A stretch of 64,000 nt of DNA from Eukaryota sp. GEM-RC1 (GCA_040285855.1 JAUFOQ010000003.1:2418001-2482000); one strand, 5' to 3'; numbered from the stretch's first letter, positions 1 to 13,490 are shown. A program made the numbers and translations. The notes: a model not told the origin generated them from the sequence alone.

Positions 1-3000
1 CCGTCTAAAGATCCACGAGCACCTCCACCTCTACACGCTAAGAGTCCCTGGAGAGAGCTATGGAATGCCGATGTGAAGATGTTTGGTTCTATTGATAAAG
101 ATCAATGGAGTCACTTTCAAAGACAATCAGTAAACAATGCTGAGTCTTACGGTTTTGTAGAAACAGACCAGTATCTACTTAGACCAGCCAGAACACTAAA
201 AATGTATTGGCAACGCAAAGCTAACGGATACATCCCCCTCGACCCTGAGGTTTCGAACATCCATGACTGTAACGACAAACTGATGGGCTTTATAATGGAT
301 AAAACCCGTCCGAACTCCCTTGTTACTGTGGAACAAGCTTACAATCTCTTACGGAATCCACTTCCTAAAGATCAAGTAGAGGCGATCGAAAAACAAGTAG
401 ACAACCTCGAAAGATACACCACTGCGAACAGCTTCTTCCATAGAAAACACACGGTAAATACCAACTCCGCGGATACCGTTCCTCCCTTGGTAGCCAACAC
501 TCCTTATGTGCCCGGCGGATTTGTTTTTGCAAAAAAGCCCCACGCACCGAACACCCCACGTCCCAACGAACTTCCACATGACCACATGCTGGAAGAGGAC
601 CACACTGCTACTAGAGTTGGAGCCCTATCAGTCTCACCTGAACCGGTTACTCCAACTCAATCCAGCACCAACAGTCCCAACACTGACGTAATCACACCGT
701 ACTCAGTACTGAAATTCGCTGAACGGTTACCCACTGACTCCTCCAGTGACTTTAACAAGTTGATGAAACCGAAATCACTTCACAGTCTGGATGACGTGGA
801 CGTAATCATTGATTGGATTGCCGATTACATGAGCTTCTGTACCGCCCAGAAGGACTATACACTACCAGCATCTTCACCACTCGGAGATCCCAAATACTTC
901 TTCGACATTGGAAGGATTGCTGCCAAGGAAGCCGACACCCGTTGGGTCTCTCGACTTGTTGCTTACCCGGTTCAACAACAGATGAACTACCTGGGTACAG
1001 CAACGACTTCCAGTGATGAACTCTTCCGACAGATCATCTTAAGAACCCAGTTTAAAAACATCTTGACCGCAAGAAACAAACTAAACGAAGTTCAGATGAA
1101 CTGGTCGATCCAAGATTACGAACAAAGATGGCTCGACTTCATCAAACGATTTGATAAAGTGCTTAACCGAAGTACACTGATTAAATCCTCCACGGAACCG
1201 TCCTACACGATGCTGGACGAAAGAACCATCATCAAAGCTCTTTTGACTAATATCGGTCTCGCCTCTCTCTACCTAGAACTCTGGCCCAAATGGGAAGACT
1301 CCCTCCAAGGATTTACACTCCTTCTTTTCAACAATCCTCGAACACTATTACCAATGGTGCAAGAAATGGACAAAAGGTCCCACACATGTCCAACTTGAAC
1401 AAAAGAACGTGGAAATTCTCATGCACAGAGACAAGGATTCCTGGAACGACATCCCAAAAGCAATCCAACGCTCAGTATCCAAAATTTTCGCCCCAGGAAA
1501 TTTGAAGTCTAAATCATCTTCAAAGAACCCTCACAATGCAGCCCCTCCTTTCAAAAAGAAGCATCGCTCAAACTAATCTGATAGACCTCCTAAAAATGAC
1601 AACTGCTGTAGTTTTTGCGACTCCCCGGATCACAAAATCAATCTTTGTAATCATCTTGACTGTCGTAGAAGCGAGCTCCCCGCGGATCAACGTCTTTCAC
1701 GATCTGAGGCAAAAAAACCTCCCACTCGTAGTCATAGTTCGCGTAAACAAAATAAACATAGTAAGTATTTCGTTCAATCGATAAATACTATTCACAATGA
1801 TAACACATCATCGTCGGATTCACATAATCCATACATAAACCCACTCCACAACATCAGTAATTCGAGTGGTACGAACTCACTAAGCCTGAATTCAATATTC
1901 AGCATAATCGATCACCAGGATCCACCACCATTCCTCAGCTGCAGTCTGACCATCAATGGTGTTTCGATTCAGGGTCTTTGGGACAGTGGAGCATCAATGT
2001 CCGTAATCACACGAGACCTGGTCGATAGATGTTCAATGACGTTCGTCAACAAGAACGTTCCATTCACATCTGCAAACAACGTCAGATCTCACTCACTGAA
2101 TAGCGTCCAGGGGATCTTGACCTTCAAGTTCAGTAAGGTGACACACCTAACATCTGTGACGAAGACTTTACCTATCATCCCTGGATCCAACAAATGTTTG
2201 TTAGGTATTGATCTCATGAAGCAGTTGGGTTTACCGACTGAAGAGGGACTAATCATCCCGGTTCAACAAACTATGTTAGCTCATAGTAACGACGAGTCTG
2301 AGTTCGACTCCAACATATCTATGCCCAATAGCCTTTCTATCATAGACAATATAGATTTCAATAAATTTGTTTATGATTCCGGTTGTTCAATCACATAAGA
2401 TGACGATGATAGAACCAATCAATTACTGAATCTACTCAATGAGTTCTCAGTTATTTTCGATTCCGTTCCCCACAAAGATGGCATCGATTGTCCACCGATG
2501 ACAATTGACTTCTACTACGAAGAGTCCACGGTGAAACGAAAACCTTGGAGGCTTAATCCAGTCAAACAAAGGATAGCCGAAGAAACCTTTCATGAACTAG
2601 TACGTTTGGGATACGCTGAGTATACTACACCCAACGGAAAATTCAGCTCCCCGGTAGTACTGGTGGTCTACCCCGATCATCGTAAGCCTAGACTTACTGG
2701 TGACTTCAGTGGTACTGGAGGAGTCAACGAACTTACTAAACCTGTACAACCGAATCTACCGAGAATCGCAGACATACAGGAATTCCTGAGTGAAGCTAAC
2801 TACATAGCCACTCTCGACCTGCCAAAAGCATTTTGGCAACTGAATCTGCGGATCACGAACGCGACAAGACAACTCTAGTCATCCATGGCCTAGCCATTCG
2901 ATTCAAACGAGCTTGTTTTGGTTTGAAGAACGTACCAGCAATCTTTCAAAACTTAATGATGGATATTTTCGACCACGAAGGTATATTCATTGACATCGAT

Positions 3001-5624
3001 GACATCATCATAGTCGCCAAGACTTTCGATGAATACATATCTAGAATAAAATTCGTTCTTGAGAGAGCTCAACTTTATAGAGTCAACCTTGGCTTACAAA
3101 AGTGCAAGTTCATAACAAAGAATCATCCCATAACTATCTTAGGTTGCAAATACATCGACAACACTCGTCGAATCGATTCAAAACGGGTAGAAGCTCTGGT
3201 AAACATACCAACACCGACCACCATCAAAGAAGTCCGAAGTTTCGTCGGTTCTATCAACTACATTAAAGATTTCATAGCAGATGCATCTGACTTACTAGCT
3301 CCCATAATAGCCCTAGTAAAGAACAAAGCACAAACAGTTCACTGGACACCTCAACTCCAATCAAATTTTGATGAGATCAAAAGAGGATAATCAATCACAT
3401 GCCCCTTTGCCTACCAGACAAAGACAGACGCATACTGATCAGCGCAGATGCCAGCGATATCGCCGTAGGTGGTGTCGTCTGGTTGGAATGCACTCCTCAT
3501 TCACCTGAGGGAACTCCACTGAACGAACGCAAAGTAGAACCACTAGCATTCTACAGCAAACTACTCACTGACTCTCAACAGAACTGGGCCACAACCCAAA
3601 AGGAATTGTACGCCATTCTCCTGATTCTAACCGAATCCCAACTGTCGTCGTACCTTATCAGCAGGGAACTAACGATCTTTACAGATCATATGAACCGCGC
3701 TTACTTAATCTCAGCACCCGAAAAGAATAGGATGGTCAAAGATGGATCCCTATTCTCAGTGAATGCCTATTCACTATAGTCCACACCAGTGGCGAAGACA
3801 ACCATTGGGCTGACATGATGTCACGCAACGTTATCAAAGACGTACCAACAGGGTCTATAAACAACATAGTCACAAACTGCCCAGAGCATTTGTTCTCTAT
3901 AACCGATAGCCTATGTCCTACTGATGAGGATACAGAATATCAAACTTTATCAACAGAGTCGATCAACATGATTGACGATGCTCTGATCAACAAATCGAAG
4001 TTATTCGACGCTTGGCTCTCGAAAGTACGCTCTACACAAGTAGAAACCATCAAAAATAACGATCCATTGTTCCAACATCCGTCTACTTGGTTCAATGAAG
4101 AGTTCCAGCTATACATGAATAGCAACAACAAGATCTTGATACCAAGTGCCTTGGTGAAAACCCCCTTGAACCACTTACACGGTTTTCCACATGCAGGTCA
4201 CCCTAGTACTAAAGATAGCATTGATCGGCTAAAATCTAGTGACTACTTCTGGCCCAGCATGATCAAAGACATGAAAACTCACTGCAAGCAATGTCCAGCT
4301 TGTCAAAAGACAGCTCCCCCTTGCCAAAACTACTATCAAATCTTCAGGTAATTTACGGTCCGACCATTTGCAAAGATGAACGTCGATACAATATGACCAC
4401 TCCCCATCGACACATCGGGAAATGTTTACCTACTAGTGTTCATAGATTCATTCACCAGATTCACTATTCTATGTCCACTAAAGGAACTGAATGCTCACGA
4501 GACAGCATATTCGTTAGTGTGTAACGTTTGCGCCATCTTCGGCATTCCAGACCTCATTCACAGTGACAATGGCAAAGAATTTGCTAATCACGTTTTCAAT
4601 AACGTCTGCAATCAATTTGACATTACAACCAATAAATCGATACCTAGTTTCTCTCCTAGCAACGGTTTAGTTGAACGTCGACACAGAGACATACTTCAAG
4701 CATTACGAAAAATGCTCATAGACTTCAATGACTATGACAACTGGAGTAAATACATCCCACTAGTACAACTGCTGGTAAATACCACGAAGAGTAGGGTAAC
4801 TGGCTTTACACCGTACGAATTGATGTTTGGATCTAACACCAACCCTGGTAGTGATCCAAGTAAAATCATCTCTTGTCTCACACAGAACCAGATATCAGGA
4901 GATTCGTTTCTAGCTGATTACCAATCAAAATTAACAAGAATTTTGAAAAACCGGGAAGAAGCAGAAACCACCCAATCATCTATCAAATCTTCCATTACTA
5001 CGGTTGATACGCCCTCGCTATTCGCTATCGGTGACCTAGTACTACGAAGTAACAAAACAGCTAAGAAGCTTCATGGCAAACAAGAGGGACCGTCCCTCGT
5101 CATCGACATCCCTTCTAAAAGCTCACTTGAACTGCAGAACTTTGTCACCGGACATCGCTTTCGCTCCAGCAGCCATCTATGCACCAAGTACCTTTCCGAC
5201 AAACCCTCCTCTGATGAGTTCCACAAAGCAGTAGCATCTTGTGACTCTGAAGATATGGTCATCACCGAGATCCTTGATCAACGTGATTCACCTACAGGTC
5301 CCATATGTTCCGTCGTATGGTTTGACGGCGATACTACTGAGGAACCTCTAAGTCTGGTTAAGAACACTAAGGCTTACTCAAGTTTTATTAAACTAAATCC
5401 TCACGCCAAACCCAAATCTAAACCCAATATTAAACCTAGAAGTACGCGTAATACAAAAGCGATCCCTAGTAATACTCCTAATTCTGTCATACACACTACT
5501 CCACCTGCCAAGAGGACTAGGTCCTCGAGAAAGGAGAAGAAGTAATGTTAGTGTAATGACTCATCAGGACTCAATTGTATAATACATTCACTTTTACTCT
5601 CTAACATGGTACCTAAGACCAACA
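1..5624 (+). mobile_element. Ty3/Gypsy chromovirus-like LTR retrotransposon family 1, copy A (5' end outside window), gag-pol disrupted
   Basis: Order gag, CCHC knuckle (CSFCDSPDHKINLC ~1610), protease (LWDSGAS ~1980), RT (LDLPKAFWQ, FGLKNVP, IDIDD), RNase H (DAS, QKELYA, TDH), integrase (H..H..C..C, SDNG, NGLVER), chromodomain-like tail (VVWFDGDTTEEP). Several stops and frameshifts. 3' LTR at 5546-5624. Confidence 0.95.
5546..5624 (+). repeat. 3' LTR (79 bp) of Gypsy-1 copy A
   Basis: TGTTAG...GACCAACA, same as 31128-31206. Preceded by polypurine tract GAGAAAGGAGAAGAAG and the integrase TAA. Confidence 0.9.
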
Positions 5625-6200
5625 AAACGTGTTTACTGTTGCTTCTCTAAAATGAAAAATTTATTATGAGGTGCATTTTACAAAATTAATAGAATATGTG
5701 GCGCATAATGTGGTGCATTTACCCAAAGTCTTTTTGTATACAAAATACATGATATTTTTGGATTTTTTTTCCAGCGAGTGAGTGATTTATCGGAACTATG
5801 TATTTGGAATTGTAGTAAAGGATGATAAAAGAGGCTTGAATATTGTTGGCTGAAAACAATTAAGTTTGGCCCGCAAAAATTTGACATGGGCGTGTCTTAC
5901 TAAACCCATTCTTTCGGCTTTTACTCCTTTTGCCACTGAGCTAGAAGGATTGCATGAAGACCAAGCACTGTAGTACCCGTAGTTTGATTAATATATACCT
6001 TTCACATTTTTGTTGTACTTCATTCAATTATCGACGACATATTTATCGATTTATAGTTCAATAGTCGATAAATTGATAAGATATTTTCCATGACAGTATA
6101 TTTATCGAAGTTGCCTAACAAAAAATAAATATAAGATATCGATAAAACAAACTCATGTTATACAATTGCTTTGGTTATCAGAAACAATTACGGTACAAAT

Positions 6201-7105
6201 CATACTTGTTCATCACACTCGTTTTGTCAGTGTGATCACAATCACAACCACATCACAACCACATCACACGATCACATGTGATCACAATCACAAATTGTGA
6301 TCACAAATACTGTTTATTGGAAAAATAAAGTTGATAATAATGTATTATGATATTTATACATATCGAAATTACATAACCCTACAGCTTTCATTTGCGAACA
6401 CGATCTATTTCACTGTCCCGAGACCAATCTATATCAAGGTGCTCCTCCATATCTGCTTCTTCGATCACAAAAGATTCTCCAATATCCTCTTTATCATCCT
6501 CATCGTCATCGTCATCTGTGATGTCGCCAACAACACCTCTCAAATCAACATTTGCTACAACATCCATTGTATCTGCCGGTAGTTCTTCTTCTGCCAACAA
6601 CACTAAAGACCCACATTTCCACAACCAAAAGAACATCCCCCACTCTAGATTTGGTCTCAAGTATTTAGTTGAGAATACCGAGATTCACATTTTTGGGTTC
6701 TTGTTTTAGAAGAGGAGTATTGAAATGAATAATCGTCATGTTATTAAAATGATCGTTACTCAATTTCAACCTTCTTTTGGACACGTGGAAGTCAAATGAA
6801 GACCAATTCCTTTCTGTTGTAGATGCTGAACCAGTATGACCTGTAATTCTTTGAGCTAATTGACTCAACTGTGTATAAAGCAGTCTACCAACAGAGTACC
6901 ATCATTGATGGATAGCGAAATCAATGACTTCAAAAGAAGTAAGTCTTGTGGTAAAATCTTTTGTATGATATACCATTGTTTGATATCTTATAGCACCCTT
7001 GACATTGAAAGCCTTCCTTACCTGATGTGTTTTCACAAACTTTCACAAGCTGGTAAAACGGATTATCCTTGTTACAATCGGATTGGAAAAAGGAAGTGAT
7101 GAAAG
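6201..7105 (-). mobile_element. Truncated copy of hAT element (one TIR, transposase C-terminal dimerisation-domain remnant)
   Basis: TIR CATACTTGTTCATCAC and GTGATCAC subterminal repeats. Minus strand reads LSQLAQRITGHTGSASTTERNWSSF..KRRLKL. The complete copy is at 31782-32890. Confidence 0.85.
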
Positions 7106-9804
7106 TTTCACCGCGAAGTCCTGTGCTGGTGTATGTAGTAACTTCCATTATTCCTTCTTCAGTTATGGAATACTGTACGGAAATTGTAATAGAACCAGCA
7201 GGTGCAGGAGACAAAGGACCAACAGTCAAATCGCAAAGTACTTCCCCCAACCCTTCAGTAAGAGCTTGTTGTTCGACTTTTGCAAAAATATCGACAGAGC
7301 TACCCCCAGCTACTGCAATGGCACTGTTCAAATTCACAGCTTGTTTGGCAAGTGCAACAGAATCAATATCATCAACTCTATTCTGGGTTAACCAGTAGAG
7401 ATAGTTCAATTGATCTTTGAGGCTGGGATTTTGATTAGAACACCACTCATAAATCGTGGCTGGTTTGTTTTGACACGTTCGATATCGTTCATGATTATAC
7501 AACAGATTAATACAACACTTGAGTGTGGCCTTTGCCCAAGTTCGAACATCTGCATTAACCAACGTTTCATCTTGATCATTGGAAGACATCAATGCTAAAT
7601 TCCAGTGTTTAAAGACTTTGATTAAATCGTCCAAAGTAACTGTACCAGCAGCATCAACAATAAATTTTCGGGTGTTTTCATCAATTGTGGTACTCCCTTT
7701 CGGATCATCGACAATGAGATAGTTCTCAGCAAACATACTGACAGAAGATCGTTGAGTATTCCAAGGAAGTAATCTAGGCTTAAGGGGGATAAACTTGTCA
7801 GGAAGAACAACTACAGTTCGAGGTGTATAAACTCTGTCGAATATGTGATCAAGCTGATTATTAATTTCACTGTCACTATGAGCTTGGAACAATGGTGGTA
7901 CCAACAAAGAGCCTTCCTCACCACGAAGAGCACTGCGGAATGTGAAACACACATGTGTGGGAAAATCAGAACCAATACCGAGAGTAGTGACTTCGAACTT
8001 GGCATTGATCGTTTTGAGTTTATCGTAGACTAACTGTGTTTGTCGAGAGAATTGGTTTTTAAAATCATCATTGATCACATCCATACCATCAGAGACGAGT
8101 AATACTCGATATATAATGGTGTGATTCATACCAGAATTTGATGCATAATCATCATGAATAAAATCTGCAGTTTAGTTTAAGGCTTTAATGATATCAGCTC
8201 TGCCTGACGAAGATGAATTTCGCAGATCTGATAAGGATTTGGTTGTAGAAACTAAATGGTTGAACAGTACAGCACCAGAAAATGTTGAATTGTCACCTAA
8301 AGAGGAAAGCTTCGAATATAATCGTTCAGTCAAAGTAGACAAATGGCCTCTCATCGAAGAAGAACGATCAATAACTAGAACGTAACGGTATTTTACCTTC
8401 ATACACAACTGTGTAAGGGCAACATCAGAAACACGAACAATCATTTTAGGTTTTTCAGGAAGATGAGTACATTGGATTACACTTACAACAGCATTTTGTT
8501 GTCCATCAATGGTGGTCTTAAAAGTCTTGCGGATAGAACATTCTTTTAAGGGAGTACCTTTTTCTAGGACCATTTCCAGACCATCATGTACAGGTGTCAC
8601 AATTGATGATCCAAGAACGTCATGAAGAATGATGTCTGTACCTGATTTGCTAGCCAAAATGGCTGCTCCCAAAGCAACAGCTTCATCACAGTTAGGTCTT
8701 TTTAGTAGATCAACGCCAGGGAAAACAGACGATAAGCGCTCAGCGATACCAGGTAGTAGAGTAGAGCCACCAACAAGAAGAATGTTGTCAACGCTTTGTG
8801 GAGAGATTCTATTCAACTCAAGAAATTGATTCAAGTTTTGGAAAACCCTGTCGGAGAAAGGAGCACATATAGTTCGAAGCTCTTGTTGAGTTAAAGTAAG
8901 TTGAGAATTGAGAAACGAGAAGGAATGTTGAGGGACTTGTGATAAGTAGCATTTAGCTTCTTCCACTACTTGTCTCAGACATTCAAGGTCGGATTTCTCC
9001 AACCCATGTCCGACACGAGTCTTGAAATAGTCAACGAGAAGTCTGTCAACAACAGAGCCACCCAATGTACGATCACCTCCTGTATGAATGACCTGAACTT
9101 CACGTGAAGTAAGATGGGCAAGGCATAAATCAAACGTCCCTCCTCCTAAGGTGAGTATTCTACAAAAACATACCTAAATCAAAAATGAGGACCCTTTTTC
9201 CTACCAATGATGGGTGATAATACAGAAACGCAACTGCTGCGGCCGTTGGTTCACACACGAGTCTTGGGTTTTCAAATCCTGCAATGATGGCCGCATCTTT
9301 GGTAGCCTTGCGTTGTCTCTCGTCAAATTCATAAGGAATGGTGATATACACAGACGGAAATGACTGTTGTCCGGTGGCTTTAGCAGCCACAGATTGGAGC
9401 TTCTGCAATATAACAGCTGATATGAATTCAGGAGTGTAGTGAGTGTTTTCGCCATCCTTGTCTATCATAATGGAAAGTCTATTCTGAGCGTCTAAATCGA
9501 TTTCATATGGAAGATCTCTTAATTCACGGGCAAGGTTGTTGTCTTCCATCAGATTCCTTCTTAGATCGGATGGGTTGGACGAGATGTCTAGATGACGGCC
9601 AATAACGCGTTTAACCTGTGTAACAACATTTTTAGGGTACTTTCTTGCATCTCTCAAAGCTGGCTTGCCACATTTGGGTTTGGAAGAGTGGAAACTTACG
9701 ACAGACGGAACAACCTTATTTGACCTGTCGCAAACGATTATTAGCCCATTATCATCACAAATAGCGACCAATGAGTTGGTTGTTCCGAGATCGATTCCGA
9801 TCAT
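6930..9804 (-). pseudogene. Hsp70-family protein with vWA domain inserted in the substrate-binding domain; one intron, one in-frame TAA, native 3' end replaced by hAT DNA below 7106
   Basis: NBD motifs GIDLGTTNS, KRVIG, EPTAAA, DLG/GGTFD (across the intron), LLVGGST, DEAVALGAA. SBD-like segments LHDVLGSS..TTIDGQQ and LTVGPLSPAPAG..ITEEGIMEV. vWA motifs VLVIDRSSSM, LLVSDG, TLGIG. ORFs 8172-9065 and 6930-8129 are in the same frame. Confidence 0.85.
9146..9173 (-). other. 28-nt spliceosomal intron
   Basis: GTATGTTTTTGTAGAATACTCACCTTAG. Removing it restores the conserved Hsp70 motif DLGGGTFD in frame. Confidence 0.9.
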
Positions 9805-9844
9805 GAAGAGAAGATTTTAACTTCAACAAGAGAATTTGTAAACT

Positions 9845-10876
9845 TGTGGCATAAACTTCTTCATCCACATACTCTTTATATGTCAAATACACGTTACTGC
9901 GACATCAGCAACCTTCCTGATGACTTAAGAAAACCCTTTGACTCCATTCATGACGCCTTCTAAGAATGTGTATAATTTATACCGAACAAGGATACAGCCT
10001 CTGTAAGAGAAAAACTATTGCAGGAGGATTGTGTATCCATTGTAATCATGGGTCTCCTCGAATTGCCGATGATGGTGATGATGAAGAAGGAACTTCATGT
10101 AATACCAGGTTTTTCCAACTCTCATGTCCTTTCCGAATATATTGTGCCTTGACATCGAGGAATATCTTAGTGATGGTACTTCCAACATTAACATCTTCTC
10201 TGCCCATAAATTCAAGTCTTTATCTTCTGAAATAAGACTTAAAGTTTACAAAACCTTTGTGGTTCGTTGTAGTGTCAGAATTACTCGTGATATACTCTTT
10301 CAAGAAGGAATAAGGAATCTAACAGTAAATGATCTTTATAATGCAAATCGACTATTTTGATTGTGACGGATGTCATAGAAGAGTGTATGGTATACTATGT
10401 GCTCACGAGCTACAACAGGTGCGGAAATGGCTTAGTCTAAGATTTCATGTGCAGTGGTTGCTACAGAAAAGGTATGAAGACGATTCTGAGGATGAAGAAG
10501 ATCTGATCGACATTTGGTATCGTAACTGGGCGTCCTACAATGTATATATATGTGCAACAGATAGGAGCAAGAAAATATCACTGCAAGTAATGAATGAACC
10601 TCTTCTGCCTCCATCTGATGACCATGCAAACACTGACGTGCAAGATCCCATTCAAACGAATACTACTGGGCAATCAACTCCTATTCCGAGAAAGAAAGCT
10701 GTTTGTAAGAACAGTAATGAATTAGGTCATTATTAAAAGATATGGAGGTGAAATTGGTCATAAGCGTAAAGAATGTACAGTATAAGTTGTAGTGTTGCAA
10801 TAAAGATGTCTTAGAACTATACATCAGAAACAGGTGAAGAGGAAGTTTTATGCAAGGCAACAATTTTTGTGCCACA
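9845..10876 (+). mobile_element. Degenerate Mutator-like (MULE) transposon remnant
   Basis: SWIM-like CDGCHRRVYGILCAHEL and C-terminal QDP...RKKAVCKNSNELGHY knuckle-like motif. Imperfect inverted ends TGTGGCA..AAACTTC / GAAGTTT..TGCCACA. Confidence 0.6.
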
Positions 10877-10882
10877 GAAAAA

Positions 10883-10980
10883 CAGTGTCGTGCCATTGTT
10901 TGCCATACACGGATAGACTCCCATACGTCCATAAGCCCATACGCATATGGCATTTTCTGTTTTGCCATACACATTTTGAC
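10883..10980. mobile_element. hAT/MITE-like terminus related to 49974-50422
   Basis: CAGTG..TGCCAT start with GCCATACGC(A/G)TATGGC subterminal motifs shared with the MITE at 49974. Confidence 0.45.
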
Positions 10981-11289
10981 TACATGTATCTGTATTTCAA
11001 CTTCTTCGACCCAGAGACTCTATGACTTGCTTATAAATATGTAGACAAATATATGTTATTGAAAACTAAACCTCCACTTCATCCATCTCGTTTCAAAAAT
11101 ATTGGCTATCAGGATACCACATCTGTTGCCATTGCTGGATGTGTTTGGTCTGAGTTCCATTGATGTGCATAGAAATAGGCGTGGGAAAACAATATTGCAT
11201 TAAATATATAATGTACATATTTTAGCCATATTTTAAGGCTCATGGATTTCATGCCAAAGTTGAACCTTAATTTAGTATGTTGGGTCCTT

Positions 11290-11770
11290 TTAATTAATAA
11301 TTCTCGTCGAGGTGACATATATGGTCCTTTTGTTGATTCTAGGCAAATTATCCTTGATGTTACAACAGTACATCCATGTGCTCAAACTTATGTTGATGGT
11401 TTAAATTCAAAAGGTTTCATTCGTCTAGAAACAGCCAAAAAACGTAAAATTGATTTGTATTCCAAAGATGTTGCTAAACTCAATCAAAATTTATAGGGAT
11501 AAAATTTTTTCCCCAAAATGATCCAAAATGTTACCAGATCCCCTTCAATAATTTCAATTTATCAATTTGGAAATATTTGTGAAAATTGTGAAAGAAAAAA
11601 CATCTACTGTAGGAGATTTGATCTTAGATTTTGGAAAAATCGAATTGTGTTTGCTATCGTTAAAGGTATGGTGACTTCTATATCTAGCGCTTTATTATCT
11701 CTGGGCAGACATTATGAGGACAAGGTAGGTGAGAATTTCCAGATAAGGAATCTGGACTTTGAGGATATTG
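11290..11770 (+). mobile_element. CRE-clade non-LTR retrotransposon 3' fragment (REL endonuclease)
   Basis: NSRRGDIYGP..DVTTVHP..E.AKKRK..Y and FWKNRIVFA match the element at 39979-43659. Confidence 0.75.
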
Positions 11771-11819
11771 ATCGGGATCGGAAAAATATATTGCAATATA
11801 TTTCTAACATAAAAAATCT

Positions 11820-12300
11820 ACAATAAATATATTGGGATACTGCTCTTTGAGGGATATCTTGTCTTCTCGGATTCTCAGGTCGTTGTTGCTCGGATAACAA
11901 CTGTTTCAGTTTAGGGATCAATAAGCCCTTCTGGATGGAGGAAAGACTCTCAATGTTGTTCCAAAAAAACATCAGTTCAAAAGAGGTATCAAGAGGGGGA
12001 TCTTGAGCAATTGGAGGATCTAACACAGCAATAGATGGCTCTGGGTCCAATTGCCATTGAGGATGGAAATTGTTGACAGAAAGCTGCTCATCAGCAGCGA
12101 GGAGTGATTGGATCTGTGTAGCAAGCGGAAGTCCTTTTGCAGTAGGAATCAAAACCTTAGGAATCAAAAGGAGCAAAACCTTGTTCAAAAGCCCATCGTC
12201 TGAGTGTTTGCTCTAGATCGTCTCGAGTGTCAAACTCGTAAAAAGGTGGCTTTGTAATTCGAGGATCACGTAACTTGTCAATTTCCCTTCTCATAAATAA
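11820..12300 (-). mobile_element. Probable MULE transposase remnant
   Basis: EFDTRDDLEQTLRRWAFEQGF resembles MuDR/FAR1 N-terminal DNA-binding motifs. Duplicated at ~63300-63800. Confidence 0.4.
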
Positions 12301-12329
12301 TTTCAATTAAGCACAATTTTGTTGGTAAC

Positions 12330-13490
12330 AAAGACTCTTCACTTCCTTCTCATTGTTTCACTTCTACTTCTTTTGGTGGTATTGGTTTCACGAAAGCTAA
12401 GTGATGGTGCCTTTTTGGGGCCTTTAAGAATTTTTGTTATCCTGTGTTATGGAAAACGAAAGATTTTTTACTTCACTCATCTTGTACATGGTTAATTAGT
12501 CTTCAAACTTTAATTGATAGTCTTGACTCCAATTTGTGGTTAGAGTTATTTCCTGTTGGGGTAACAGAAATTCAGCAGAGAAGCATTTTCTCTTTGCCTT
12601 TGTGTGTTCGCAAGTTACAGAAGAAGTTTGTTTTGTTTCACGAAAGCTTGGACTTTAAAAACCGTATTAGCTTGGCTAAGACTAAGAGTCCCGCTTTTGG
12701 TGCTTTTTTTGAATCATATTTCTTCAAGCGCTGCGTATTCATTTGTTTCTCGTTTGCCAAGAAAATTTTGTTTTAATCTTAAGGATCATGAATGGCTTAT
12801 AAACATGAGACTTAGGTTAGGTTTATGGCCTTCAGGTCTTTTGAAGCATTCTCCATGTCTTTGTGGTCGTTCAAAGGCTTCAAATTTTCATCATTTAGTT
12901 AACTGTCATCAATTTATTATTTTAGATCAATTATTCACAACAGTATCCGTGATACATGTTTGGATATGTTTAAGGCTAATGGTTTTCATGGACAAATTGA
13001 ACCTTTACTTGCTAATCTTTCTGATCAGCCAAAAGTTGATAGAAGTCGTGGTGATTTGATTGGTCCTTGGTTATCTTGTCAGGAAATTATCATGGATTTC
13101 ACAACTGTTGATCCTTGTAATTCAAGATCAATTTCCAAAATTTTTGATGATGATTTTTCTGCTCTTGAAGTGGCTGAAAAGGAAAAAAATACAAAGTACT
13201 GTCACTTAACTAAGAAATTGAATGTTGACAGGTACAATTCTTTTGTGTTTCAACCTTTTGCGATGTCGATATACGGTAATATTGGACGAGCTGCACAAGG
13301 TTTTTAACTTCCTTTGGTAAATTGTATTCTGAGTACAGTAAAGTTTTCAATGAAAATTTTTGGTTGAGCAGGTTAACGTTTGCGTTGTTTCGTTCAATGC
13401 CAGATATTTTAATTCAATTTTAGGTAAGTTGTTCGGTGATGGACAGAAGGATCATAGTTTAGATACTTTAGTTAGTGCCTGTTAGTTATT
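12330..13490 (+). mobile_element. CRE-clade non-LTR retrotransposon, 3' third
   Basis: WLINMRLRLG, CLCG..HHLVNC, RGDLIGP, DFTTVDP, AEKEK..KY, FQPFAMSIYG. Confidence 0.85.

Larger units (their letters stand above)
1..7105 (+). repeat. Segmental duplication, near-identical to 25586-32687
   Basis: Direct comparison shows only a few homopolymer-length differences and at least one substitution (ggtact/ggaact ~2713). Includes 1.5 kb of non-LTR flank. Confidence 0.95.

Noticed and set aside
6331..6709. Overlapping short ORFs on both strands (also 31859-32291 and many 60-110 aa ORFs elsewhere)
   Set aside because: Shadow frames of TE coding sequence or low-complexity DNA, with no independent motifs.
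6930..7105. Functional Hsp70-transposase fusion
   Set aside because: The Hsp70 frame reads the hAT DNA only ~58 codons to a stop, in a different frame from the dimerisation-domain remnant.
8172..8174. In-frame TAA as evidence for a TAA/TAG=Gln genetic code
   Set aside because: Long ORFs are open under the standard code and end at sensible TAA/TAG codons (5545, 60103). Internal stops are sporadic and include TGA.
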